Part shown: positions 56,810 to 64,000 of the stretch, piece by piece
How positions within the stretch are numbered: position 1 is the stretch's first letter
How the letters are laid out: each line of letters begins with the position of its first letter
Assembly (NCBI GenBank): GCA_963827755.1
Contig: CAWHCQ010000011.1
Span: 151,531 to 215,530 of the forward strand
Length of the DNA: 64,000 bases
Source of the DNA: an uncultured Gammaproteobacteria bacterium
GTDB lineage: Bacteria; Pseudomonadota; Gammaproteobacteria; UBA9214
Direction of reading: 5' to 3'
The notes under the pieces: model-generated
Told to the model about the DNA's origin: nothing
Seen by the model: only the letters and a program-made list of their open reading frames with translations
Database searches by the model: none
Program-made: the position numbers and the translations under genes

Positions 56810-56885
56810 GAGTTCCTCCTTTCCAAAATTAATTCTAGCCCCTGGAGGTAAAAATTGAAATCTAACATCCGGGCTACCCGGCTGG

Positions 56886-57176
56886 CTACGCCGCATCCTC
56901 ATCGACTTCAACGGCAATCTTCAGGCCCAAGGCGTGCAGCAACCGATCCAGGCTGTTCAAGCCGGGGTTGCCCTTGCCGGATAACATCCGGTACAGGCTT
57001 TCCCGGTTCAGCCCGGTCGCCTCTGCCAGTTTGCTCATACCGCCGAGACGCGCCTCGGCTACATTACGCAGTGCGATCAAAAACAGCTCCTTGTCACCAT
57101 CCTCAATGGCGGCATTCAGGTAGCCCGCCGCCTCGACTGGATCTGCAAGTGCTTCGATCAGGTACTCCGAGCACAT
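56886..57176 (-). pseudogene. Addiction module antidote, HI1420-like HTH protein; 5' end doubtful and toxin partner absent
   Basis: AAGYLNAAIED, ALRNVAEAR.GMSKLAE.TGLNRESLYRMLS..GNP. Confidence 0.75.
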
Positions 57177-57225
57177 AGGCCGGGAAAAGGCGCGCAGCAA
57201 CGGACCCGGCAAACCAAAACTGAAA

Positions 57226-57492
57226 CTACGCCACCCCGCGCCGCTTGCCCGCCACGTCCAGATCCCACGTCGCCTGTAGATTCATCCACAACTTCGCAGA
57301 TGTCCCCAACACCTCCGCCAGGTCCAGCGCCGATTCTGCCGTAATCCCGCGCTTGCCCTTGATGAGTTCATTAAGCCGCGCACGCGTCCACCCCAGTTCC
57401 ACGGCAAATGCCGTCTGGGTAATACCCGCCGGCTGCAAGAATTCTTCCAGCAGGATCTCGCCGGGATGAAAGGGATTGGCCGGTTGTCTCAT
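57226..57492 (-). CDS. higA: HigA family antitoxin
   Basis: HPGEILLEEFL, LNELIKGKRGIT, WMNLQ. Confidence 0.92.
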   Translation of the reverse strand: MRQPANPFHPGEILLEEFLQPAGITQTAFAVELGWTRARLNELIKGKRGITAESALDLAEVLGTSAKLWMNLQATWDLDVAGKRRGVA

Positions 57493-57505
57493 CGCATCAA
57501 CTCAC

Positions 57506-57796
57506 TCAATGGTAATCCACCACCTCGACTTCAAAGGCATTGCCATTCTGCCAGCGAAACACGACCCGCCATTGCTCGTTAATGCGGATCGAGTGTTTGC
57601 CCTTGTAGTGACCCTTGAGTGCCTCCAGCCGGTTGCCGGGCGGCACTCGCAGATCCTTCAGCTCGGCGGCATCATGCAGGTACAACAATTTACGCCGTGC
57701 GATGCGTCTCAAGTCAGCTGCAAAGGCACGTGTCGCCCGGGAGTGGCGGTCAAAATACAGGTCTTCGGCCAGCCGGTTCCCGAACGAATCAATCAT
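57506..57796 (-). CDS. higB: HigB family toxin
   Basis: [30 protein letters not shown]. Confidence 0.93.
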   Translation of the reverse strand: MIDSFGNRLAEDLYFDRHSRATRAFAADLRRIARRKLLYLHDAAELKDLRVPPGNRLEALKGHYKGKHSIRINEQWRVVFRWQNGNAFEVEVVDYH

Positions 57797-57833
57797 GTGT
57801 TATCAGGTTATCGGATAACGATAATATTTTCAA
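57797..57833 (-). promoter_or_regulatory. higBA promoter and operator
   Basis: TTGAAA-17 nt-TAACCT, 8 nt before ATG; palindrome GTTATC-G-GATAAC. Confidence 0.6.
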
Positions 57834-57955
57834 GAGGCCAATCAGAAGAGTTTTCATAAAACCGCCCGCCACAACCACAGAAGAAAACCTGTGCCCGGCA
57901 CACAATCTCTCCTATTATCAGAACAACAGTCCAGCGATCCCGCGTGTATCCGCCC

Positions 57956-58201
57956 ATGCCCTACAAGACCCTCACCGATCTCCCCGAAAGTGTCCGCAAC
58001 CACCTGCCCGAACACGCCCGGGAAATCTACCTGGCCGCCTTCAACAGCGCCTGGGAAGAGTACGCCGCCCCCGGCGATCGGCGCGGCAAGGCCTCCCGCG
58101 AAGAGGTCGCCCACAAGGTCGCCTGGGCCGCCGTCAAGAAACTCTACGAAAAAAAGGCAGACAAATGGCACCGCAAGCAGGATGCGCCCCGCGCACCCTG
58201 A
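57956..58201 (+). CDS. chaB: ChaB family protein
   Basis: MPY....[34 protein letters not shown]. Confidence 0.92.
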   Translation: MPYKTLTDLPESVRNHLPEHAREIYLAAFNSAWEEYAAPGDRRGKASREEVAHKVAWAAVKKLYEKKADKWHRKQDAPRAP

Positions 58202-58249
58202 ATCAACGCAGAGATTTTCTTTTTCAATTTACAGACGTTCCATTGTATT

Positions 58250-58274
58250 GTAGGAGCCAGCGCCAGCTGGCGAA
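58250..58274. repeat. Single REP
   Basis: GTAGGAGCCAGCGCCAGCTGGCGAA. Confidence 0.75.
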
Positions 58275-58317
58275 CACCCGACACCCACTGCACCCGCACC
58301 AAAGGCACCCCCACCCC

Positions 58318-59025
58318 ATGACCACCCCCTTCACCCCGTTAAGCGAAGCCGAACTCGAACGCCTCGGCGAGTTCCTGCTGGACCGCATCCCCGAAGACGC
58401 CGATGCCGACTACACCGAAGACACCGATGAGGGCATCCTCGATGTCTCCGAGCTGGATGGTTTCCTGACCGCCATCGTCAGCGGCCCGGTGATGATCCCG
58501 CCCTCGCAATGGCTGCCGGCGGTGTGGGGTGATTATGAGACGGTGTGGGAGAATGAAAAAGAGTTCGAGGAGATCCTCACCCTGATGATGCGCCACATGA
58601 GCGATATCGCCGCGATGTTAATGGAGCAGCCGGCAGATTTCGAAGCACTCTTCCTGGAGAGTGGGGTGAAAGAAAAGACCTACACCATCGTCGACGAATG
58701 GTGCGAGGGTTACCTGCGCGGCGTGGCGCTGGCAGCCGCGCAGTGGGACAGCGCCGGAGAGGAGATGGCCGTGCTGCTCACGCCCATTCGCGCATTTACC
58801 GAGGCAACGCACTGGCGCGGGCACGATTTCGACAGGAATGAAATTGAAAATCTGCAGCAGGCCATCGAACCCAATGTCCGCGAGATCCATGCCTGGTGGC
58901 TGGCGCGGCGATCTGAAGATGCATCACCCATGAAGCCGCAGCGCCGGCTCGAGCCGCGGGTGGGCCGAAACGACCCGTGCCCGTGCGGCAGCGGGAAGAA
59001 ATACAAGAAATGTTGTCTGCATTGA
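58318..59025 (+). CDS. YecA/UPF0149 family protein with SEC-C motif
   Basis: [11 protein letters not shown]....[31 protein letters not shown]. Confidence 0.92.
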   Translation: MTTPFTPLSEAELERLGEFLLDRIPEDADADYTEDTDEGILDVSELDGFLTAIVSGPVMIPPSQWLPAVWGDYETVWENEKEFEEILTLMMRHMSDIAAMLMEQPADFEALFLESGVKEKTYTIVDEWCEGYLRGVALAAAQWDSAGEEMAVLLTPIRAFTEATHWRGHDFDRNEIENLQQAIEPNVREIHAWWLARRSEDASPMKPQRRLEPRVGRNDPCPCGSGKKYKKCCLH

Positions 59026-59074
59026 TGCGGGCAGGCGGACTAGTCTGCGGGCGCGACTTTCAATCCAACCCCGT

Positions 59075-59182
59075 GTAGGAGCGGATCCAATCCGCGATGC
59101 CCATAATTCAACCGCTGTAGGAGCGGATCCAATCCGCGATGCCCATAATTCAACCGCTGTAGGAGCGGATCTAATCCGCGAT
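59075..59182. repeat. Three tandem 42-bp REP units
   Basis: GTAGGAGCGGATC(C/T)AATCCGCGAT with identical linker GCCCATAATTCAACCGCT. Confidence 0.9.
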
Positions 59183-59190
59183 GGTTTTTG

Positions 59191-59628
59191 CTATACGATG
59201 GCCTCAATTCCTATCACCAATTTCAAACCCAGTGCTTCGAGCGCAGCTTCCAGCCGGGGCAGTTTCGATCGGTGGTGCGGGTCGAGTAAACGACGCACTT
59301 CTTTTTCATCAGCGCCCAGGCGTTGCGCGAGTTCTGTGTTCTTTATACCGGCATCCTTTACCGCCATGTAAAGCGCTGCCTTTACCGCTACCTGCGCCGG
59401 CACCGGCACCCTGTGCTGCCTGTGTTTTTTGGGGCTGGGTTGCGGGATGGATTCTCCACGGTTAATCCGCCCTGCAATAGCTTCTTCAAGTGCATCTGCC
59501 GCATTATGCAGGGATTCCCCGACAGAGTCTCCGTCAGTTGCCGCTTCCGGAAAGTCCGGGAAAGTAACCAGAAAAAAGCCTGCCTTGTCTTTCTGCACCC
59601 TGGCGGGGTAGGCGAATTGTTCATTCAT
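59191..59628 (-). CDS. hicB: HicB family antitoxin, copy 1
   Basis: VTFPDFPEAATDG, IPQPS, C-terminal HTH. Confidence 0.9.
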   Translation of the reverse strand: MNEQFAYPARVQKDKAGFFLVTFPDFPEAATDGDSVGESLHNAADALEEAIAGRINRGESIPQPSPKKHRQHRVPVPAQVAVKAALYMAVKDAGIKNTELAQRLGADEKEVRRLLDPHHRSKLPRLEAALEALGLKLVIGIEAIV

Positions 59629-59843
59629 CGTTCAATATCCGATTTGCTTAGCCCAGGATCCCGTAACAATTTCAGCAACAGGCCGGGTCCGATTTCCTTC
59701 TTGCGATCTTTCAGAATCGTGAAGCGTTTCCCGAGATACAGCGTCGCATGACTGCCTTTGCCCCGTTCATGCACCAGTTTCAGCTGCAGGTTTCGATTAC
59801 GCGCAAGGCGTCGCAAACGTTTCAGCAACTCGTTACCATTCAC
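59625..59843 (-). CDS. hicA: HicA family toxin, copy 1
   Basis: RGKGSH motif, small basic protein upstream of hicB; GTG start at 59843 preferred. Confidence 0.88.
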   Translation of the reverse strand: MNGNELLKRLRRLARNRNLQLKLVHERGKGSHATLYLGKRFTILKDRKKEIGPGLLLKLLRDPGLSKSDIER

Positions 59844-59848
59844 AGACA

Positions 59849-59877
59849 AGTATCGGACAAAAATGTCCGTGTATCAA
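59849..59877 (-). promoter_or_regulatory. hicAB promoter with operator (duplicate at 62285-62313)
   Basis: TTGATA-17 nt-GATACT with palindrome CGGACA-TTTT-TGTCCG in the spacer. Confidence 0.65.
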
Positions 59878-60012
59878 GTTTTAATATAAATTCCACGGTG
59901 TATCTCCAGAGAATCCAGAGCTAAACCGTAATTGAGGCAGGTATTTATATCTGTCAGCCAGTCACTGACTACTGTGTCAGATAAGGGAGCGCCTCGCAGG
60001 CGCGATGCCTTT

Positions 60013-60342
60013 TGTGTCGACCAGCGATGACTTGAACCGGCCTTCCCGGAGTGTGCCGGTGCGGCGGTAGGATCTGTTAATCGTCCGGACAAAATCCCTG
60101 CTCAAATCCTGCATGACTCTGGATACACCGTCTGGTGTGGACGGTGTCATGAGTAGATGCACGTGGTTGGTCATCAAGACATAGGCATGCAGGCAGCAAT
60201 CATGTATTCGGCAAGCCGGGTCCAGTAAATTCAGGTAAAGTCGGTAATCTTCATCGGTATAGAAACAGGCCTGCCGATTATTACCACGCTGGGTAACATG
60301 TTGTGGGACACCCGGGATGTTCAGGCGGGCTGGTCGTGGCAT
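60013..60342 (-). pseudogene. Truncated Y1 HUH transposase (TnpA-REP/RAYT family)
   Basis: MPRPAR..PGVPQHVTQRGNNR, LMTNHVHLL (HUH), GRFKS; cut at the duplication boundary before the catalytic Tyr region. Confidence 0.88.
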
Positions 60343-60422
60343 GCGATGACTCCGAAAATGGAGTCATCACGATAATGGCATGGGTATTCAGTGGAAACCG
60401 GTGGAAGCTGTATATGTATGTC

Positions 60423-60445
60423 AGAAAATGTATCCGACCCCTTTA
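60423..60445. repeat. 23-bp end repeat upstream of the transposase
   Basis: AGAAAATGTATCCGACCCCTTTA. Confidence 0.85.
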
Positions 60446-60479
60446 AGATTTTTTTATAAAAAACCGGGATAATTGGCGT

Positions 60480-61577
60480 ATGGAATCATTTCATTGGGAC
60501 AATAACTTTGTAACAGGGTTGCCTGACATTGACCGCCAACATCAACATCTGGTCAGTCTCATCAACAAGTTCGGAAATCTTCTGGCTGAAAATCAAATTG
60601 TATTTGTTGATATTGAAGCGATCTTCAGGGAGCTTGCTGACTATACCCGGTACCATTTCCGGGAAGAAGAAGCATTGATGTCCCAGGTTGGCCTGGACCG
60701 GCGCCACCTCGATCCTCATGTCGAGGCACATCATGCCTTCCTGCAAGAAATAACTTCCATGCATTCTGCTATCTCCCGGGATAATCCTGATTCAGCAAAA
60801 AATCTGCTGGACTTTCTTACTCACTGGCTTGCCTATCATATCCTGGGTACGGATCAGAACATGGCAAGGCAGATTGAAGCTGTACAGTCCGGGGTGAATC
60901 CGGGGCGGGCCTTTGAAGCAGAAGAGAGGGAGAGTGACAAGGCTACCAAACCATTGCTGATCGCCCTGAACGGGTTGTTTGAGCAGTTATTAATGCGCAA
61001 CAAGGAGCTGATTCAGCTAAACCTGTCGCTCGAGGAAACAGTAGCACAACGAACCAGGGAGCTTTCAGAGGCCAACCTTCATCTTGAAAAACTTTCCCTG
61101 ACCGATGTTCTCACCGGACTCCCGAATCGTCGCCATGCCATGCGAAGTCTTGCCTCTGTATGGGAAGAATCGATTCAAAATGATACGCCACTGTCTTGCA
61201 TGATGATCGATGCGGATCATTTCAAGGAGATTAATGACAACCATGGTCATGATGCAGGTGATGTCGTGCTGTCTGAATTGGCCAAAACGCTGCAGCATTC
61301 CCTGCGAACTGACGATACTGTCTGCCGCCTGGGCGGCGATGAATTTTTCATTATCTGTCCCGACACGGATATAAAGGGTGCAATACATGTTGCAGAGCTG
61401 ACCCGCGAGAACGTATCGGAACTTCGTGTGCCTGTCGGAGACGGCGCCTGGCATGGCAGCATCAGTGTCGGAGTTGCATGCCGGACTCCTGATGTAAAGA
61501 CCTGGGAAGGGTTGGTCAAGGCGGCGGATCAAAATGTTTATGCTGCCAAGCAGGCAGGCAAGAATTGCGTGAAATAA
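60480..61577 (+). CDS. Bacteriohemerythrin-GGDEF diguanylate cyclase
   Basis: IDRQH, HFREEE, H...H, WLAYHI...D iron ligands; coiled coil; RTDD I-site and GGDEF. Confidence 0.93.
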   Translation: MESFHWDNNFVTGLPDIDRQHQHLVSLINKFGNLLAENQIVFVDIEAIFRELADYTRYHFREEEALMSQVGLDRRHLDPHVEAHHAFLQEITSMHSAISRDNPDSAKNLLDFLTHWLAYHILGTDQNMARQIEAVQSGVNPGRAFEAEERESDKATKPLLIALNGLFEQLLMRNKELIQLNLSLEETVAQRTRELSEANLHLEKLSLTDVLTGLPNRRHAMRSLASVWEESIQNDTPLSCMMIDADHFKEINDNHGHDAGDVVLSELAKTLQHSLRTDDTVCRLGGDEFFIICPDTDIKGAIHVAELTRENVSELRVPVGDGAWHGSISVGVACRTPDVKTWEGLVKAADQNVYAAKQAGKNCVK

Positions 61578-61579
61578 AA

Positions 61580-61628
61580 TAAAGGGGTCGGATACATTTT
61601 CTTCCAGAAAATGTATCCGACCCCTTTA
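61580..61628. mobile_element. Perfect 23-bp inverted-repeat hairpin: 'empty' element made of both transposase-associated ends
   Basis: TAAAGGGGTCGGATACATTTTCT-TCC-AGAAAATGTATCCGACCCCTTTA. Confidence 0.75.
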
Positions 61629-61629
61629 A

Positions 61630-62064
61630 TTAGATGGCCTCAATTCCTATCACCAATTTCAAACCCAGTGCTTCGAGCGCAGCTTCCAGCCGGGGCAGTT
61701 TCGATCGGTGGTGCGGGTCGAGTAAACGACGCACTTCTTTTTCATCAGCGCCCAGGCGTTGCGCGAGTTCTGTGTTCTTTATACCGGCATCCTTTACCGC
61801 CATGTAAAGCGCTGCCTTTACCGCTACCTGCGCCGGCACCGGCACCCTGTGCTGCCTGTGTTTTTTGGGGCTGGGTTGCGGGATGGGTTCTCCACGGTTA
61901 ATCCGCCCTGCAATAGCTTCTTCAAGTGCATCTGCCGCATTATGCAGGGATTCCCCGACAGAGTCTCCGTCAGTTGCCGCTTCCGGAAAGTCCGGGAAAG
62001 TAACCAGAAAAAAGCCTGCCTTGTCTTTCTGCACCCTGGCGGGGTAGGCGAATTGTTCATTCAT
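61630..62064 (-). CDS. hicB: HicB family antitoxin, copy 2
   Basis: Near-identical to copy 1 (EPIPQ vs ESIPQ; ends EAI* vs EAIV*). Confidence 0.9.
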   Translation of the reverse strand: MNEQFAYPARVQKDKAGFFLVTFPDFPEAATDGDSVGESLHNAADALEEAIAGRINRGEPIPQPSPKKHRQHRVPVPAQVAVKAALYMAVKDAGIKNTELAQRLGADEKEVRRLLDPHHRSKLPRLEAALEALGLKLVIGIEAI

Positions 62065-62448
62065 CATTCAATATCCGATTTGCTTAGCCCAAGATCCCGT
62101 AACAATTTCAGCAACAGGCCGGGTCCGATTTCCTTCTTGCGATCTTTCAGAATCGTGAAGCGTTTCCCGAGATACAGCGTCGCATGACTGCCTTTGCCCC
62201 GTTCATGCACCAGTTTCAGCTGCAGGTTTCGATTACGCGCAAGGCGTCGCAAACGTTTCAGCAACTCGTTACCATTCACAGACAAGTATCGGACAAAAAT
62301 GTCCGTGTATCAAGTTTTAATATAAATTCCACGGTGTATCTCCAGAGAATCCAGAGCTAAACCGTAATTGAGGCAGGTAGTTATATCTGTCAGCCGGTCA
62401 CTGACTACTGTGTCAGATAAGGGAGCGCCTTGCAGGCGCGATGCCTTT
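61633..62448. repeat. 816-bp direct repeat, copy 2
   Basis: Matches 59197-60012. Confidence 0.95.
62064..62279 (-). CDS. hicA: HicA family toxin, copy 2
   Basis: RGKGSH; ends DLGLSKSDIE* versus DPGLSKSDIER* in copy 1. Confidence 0.88.
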   Translation of the reverse strand: MNGNELLKRLRRLARNRNLQLKLVHERGKGSHATLYLGKRFTILKDRKKEIGPGLLLKLLRDLGLSKSDIE

Positions 62449-62479
62449 AATCCAACCACGCAGTTGTTTCTTCAGAACA

Positions 62480-63868
62480 CTACAATTCCAGCACCTCCCC
62501 CTGCTCCGGCACATCCGCCCGCAGCCCCAGTTCACGCTCCAGCCGGTCACGGAAATCCTGCTTGGACTGTAATTCGCCGTGCACGACATGCACGGCCGTG
62601 CCCTTGTCAAAACTTCCGGCCCAGCGGCACAGGTCATCGGCATCGGCATGCGCGGACAGGCCGCCGACAGTGTGGACCTGCGCGCGTACCCGGTACATGT
62701 CGCCGTGTATCTTGACCTTGTTGTCACCCTCCACCAGCTTGCGGCCCAGGGTACCGTATGCCTGGTAACCGACAATCATGATATGCGTGCCATTGCGGGA
62801 AATATTTTGCTTGAGGTGGTGCACGATGCGTCCGCCGTTGCACATACCGCTGCCGGCGATAATGATGGCGCCGCTCTTGACTTCATTTAACGCCATCGAC
62901 TCTTCCACGCTGGTCGTGAGGTGCAGTTGTTCCAGCGGCGGCATCTCGTTGATATTGCGCCGCAGGCGCGTTGCCTCCTCGTCGTAGAGGTGCGGGTAGT
63001 CCCAGTAGACCTTGCTGGCCTTGATGGCCATCGGGCTATCAAGATAGACCTCCCAGCGGTCCAGCCCCCATTCATCATAATATTTGCCAAGGAAATACAG
63101 AATTTCCTGGCTGCGGCCAACCGCGAAGGCGGGAATCAGCACGTTGCCGTGCTGGTGCCGGGCTGCGCTGATAATCTCGCCGATTTCATCGATCGTCTTC
63201 TGCCGGTCACGGTGGAGGCGGTTACCGTAGGTGCTTTCGATCAGCAGGTGGTCCGCCTCGCGGATCACGGCCGGGTCATTCAGGATCGGCGTGTCATACT
63301 GGCCCAGGTCTCCGCTGAATACGATCTTGCGCTGTACGCCGTTTTCATTCAGCCACACCTCGACACTGCACGATCCCATGATATGCCCGGCATCCTGAAA
63401 GCGGATGCTGATGCCCGGCAGGATTTCCTGTTTCTCGCAGTAGCGCATGCCGACGATGTTCGCCAGCGCACCGCGTGCATCCTGCACGGTGTACAGCGGT
63501 TCGATCAGCGGCTTGTTCTTGCGCTTGCGCCACTTGTTCTCGTACTGCGCATCGCGTTCCTGCAGCGAAGCGGAATCCTCCAGCAGGATTTCACACAGGT
63601 CGCCGGTCGCATGATGTGCATAGATCGGTCCCTGGTACCCCTGCTTCACCAGCAGCGGCAGCCGGCCCGAGTGATCGATATGCCCGTGGCTGAGGACCAC
63701 GGCACTGATGTCATCCGGTGAAAACGGAAACGGCTCGCGGTTTTTGGCTTCCACCTTTCGGCGGCCCTGGATCAGACCGCAGTCCAGCAACACCAGGTGG
63801 CCGTTGGCACGCAGGATATGACACGAGCCGGTGATTCCGCTGGTCGCGCCATAGAATTCGATGTGCAT
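62480..63868 (-). CDS. MBL-fold beta-CASP metallo-hydrolase (RNA-processing family)
   Basis: LLDCG, SHGHIDHSG, AGHIMGS, FSGDLG, ESTYG, PAFAVGRSQE, LSAHAD. Confidence 0.93.
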   Translation of the reverse strand: MHIEFYGATSGITGSCHILRANGHLVLLDCGLIQGRRKVEAKNREPFPFSPDDISAVVLSHGHIDHSGRLPLLVKQGYQGPIYAHHATGDLCEILLEDSASLQERDAQYENKWRKRKNKPLIEPLYTVQDARGALANIVGMRYCEKQEILPGISIRFQDAGHIMGSCSVEVWLNENGVQRKIVFSGDLGQYDTPILNDPAVIREADHLLIESTYGNRLHRDRQKTIDEIGEIISAARHQHGNVLIPAFAVGRSQEILYFLGKYYDEWGLDRWEVYLDSPMAIKASKVYWDYPHLYDEEATRLRRNINEMPPLEQLHLTTSVEESMALNEVKSGAIIIAGSGMCNGGRIVHHLKQNISRNGTHIMIVGYQAYGTLGRKLVEGDNKVKIHGDMYRVRAQVHTVGGLSAHADADDLCRWAGSFDKGTAVHVVHGELQSKQDFRDRLERELGLRADVPEQGEVLEL

Positions 63869-63925
63869 GGTCAGGCCCCCCGCAAGCTGCAATGCATGAG
63901 ATCAGTAATTTTACACCGGGTCAAA

Positions 63926-63948
63926 TAAAGGGGTCGGATACATTTTCT
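63926..63948. repeat. 23-bp end repeat downstream of a minus-strand gene entering from the window end
   Basis: TAAAGGGGTCGGATACATTTTCT, identical to 61580-61602. Confidence 0.85.
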
Positions 63949-63958
63949 TCCATTTTCT

Positions 63959-64000
63959 TCAGGTTTGGGTTTTCCTGGGTCTGCCGCGTTTCCCCTGTCC
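63959..64000 (-). CDS. Probable C-terminus of a second Y1 HUH transposase (runs off window end)
   Basis: Reads GQGKRGRPRKTQT*; a GRPRK tail is typical of this transposase group, and it abuts the 23-bp repeat; only 13 codons visible. Confidence 0.5.
   Translation of the reverse strand, partial: GQGKRGRPRKTQT

Larger units (their letters stand above)
56339..56866. mobile_element. Integron gene-cassette-like unit carrying a ParDE-type TA pair
   Basis: Bounded by complementary core sites GTTAGAT (56339) and ATCTAAC (56860); AT-rich; own promoter; no complete attC or integrase seen. Confidence 0.45.
59197..60012. repeat. 816-bp direct repeat, copy 1 (hicAB plus upstream region)
   Basis: Matches 61633-62448 at a constant offset of 2436 with a few substitutions. 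Confidence 0.95.

Noticed and set aside
57619-58317. Apparent 233-aa N-terminal extension of YecA (468-aa ORF)
   Set aside because: It overlaps higB, chaB and a REP; the family match begins at ATG 58318.
59075-59182. Three 24-bp repeats resembling a mini-CRISPR
   Set aside because: The spacers are identical; this is a tandem REP.

Overview
The window is from a GC-rich gammaproteobacterial chromosome; the gene order suggests a Chromatiales-like organism, which is an inference. Scattered single-base frameshifts hit even core genes (ilvI, pepA, lptF, ygiQ, ppnN), so most frameshifts are probably long-read errors. About 1-13.8 kb and 21.7-35 kb are housekeeping: proS, ilvIHC, psd/pssA, leuA, rimI, prfC, valS, holC, pepA, lptFG, tRNA-Glu(CUC), pcnB, folK, panBCD. 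The best candidate for a new system is an AT-richer island at 14.0-21.4 kb. It carries a DSF-type quorum-sensing set (rpfF, rpfC, rpfG) with a NodF-like ACP, a NodE-like ketosynthase and a CFA-synthase-family methyltransferase inserted between rpfC and rpfG, which suggests a dedicated, chemically modified fatty-acid signal. From about 35.8 kb on, intergenic regions hold many GTAG-type REP palindromes. The 52.8-64 kb region is a dense toxin-antitoxin field: MNT-HEPN, AbiE, two RelE/ParE pairs, HigBA, an orphan antidote and two HicAB copies. It also contains an integron-cassette-like signature, an 816-bp direct duplication, and Y1 HUH transposase genes bounded by a 23-bp inverted repeat that also occurs as an 'empty' hairpin element.
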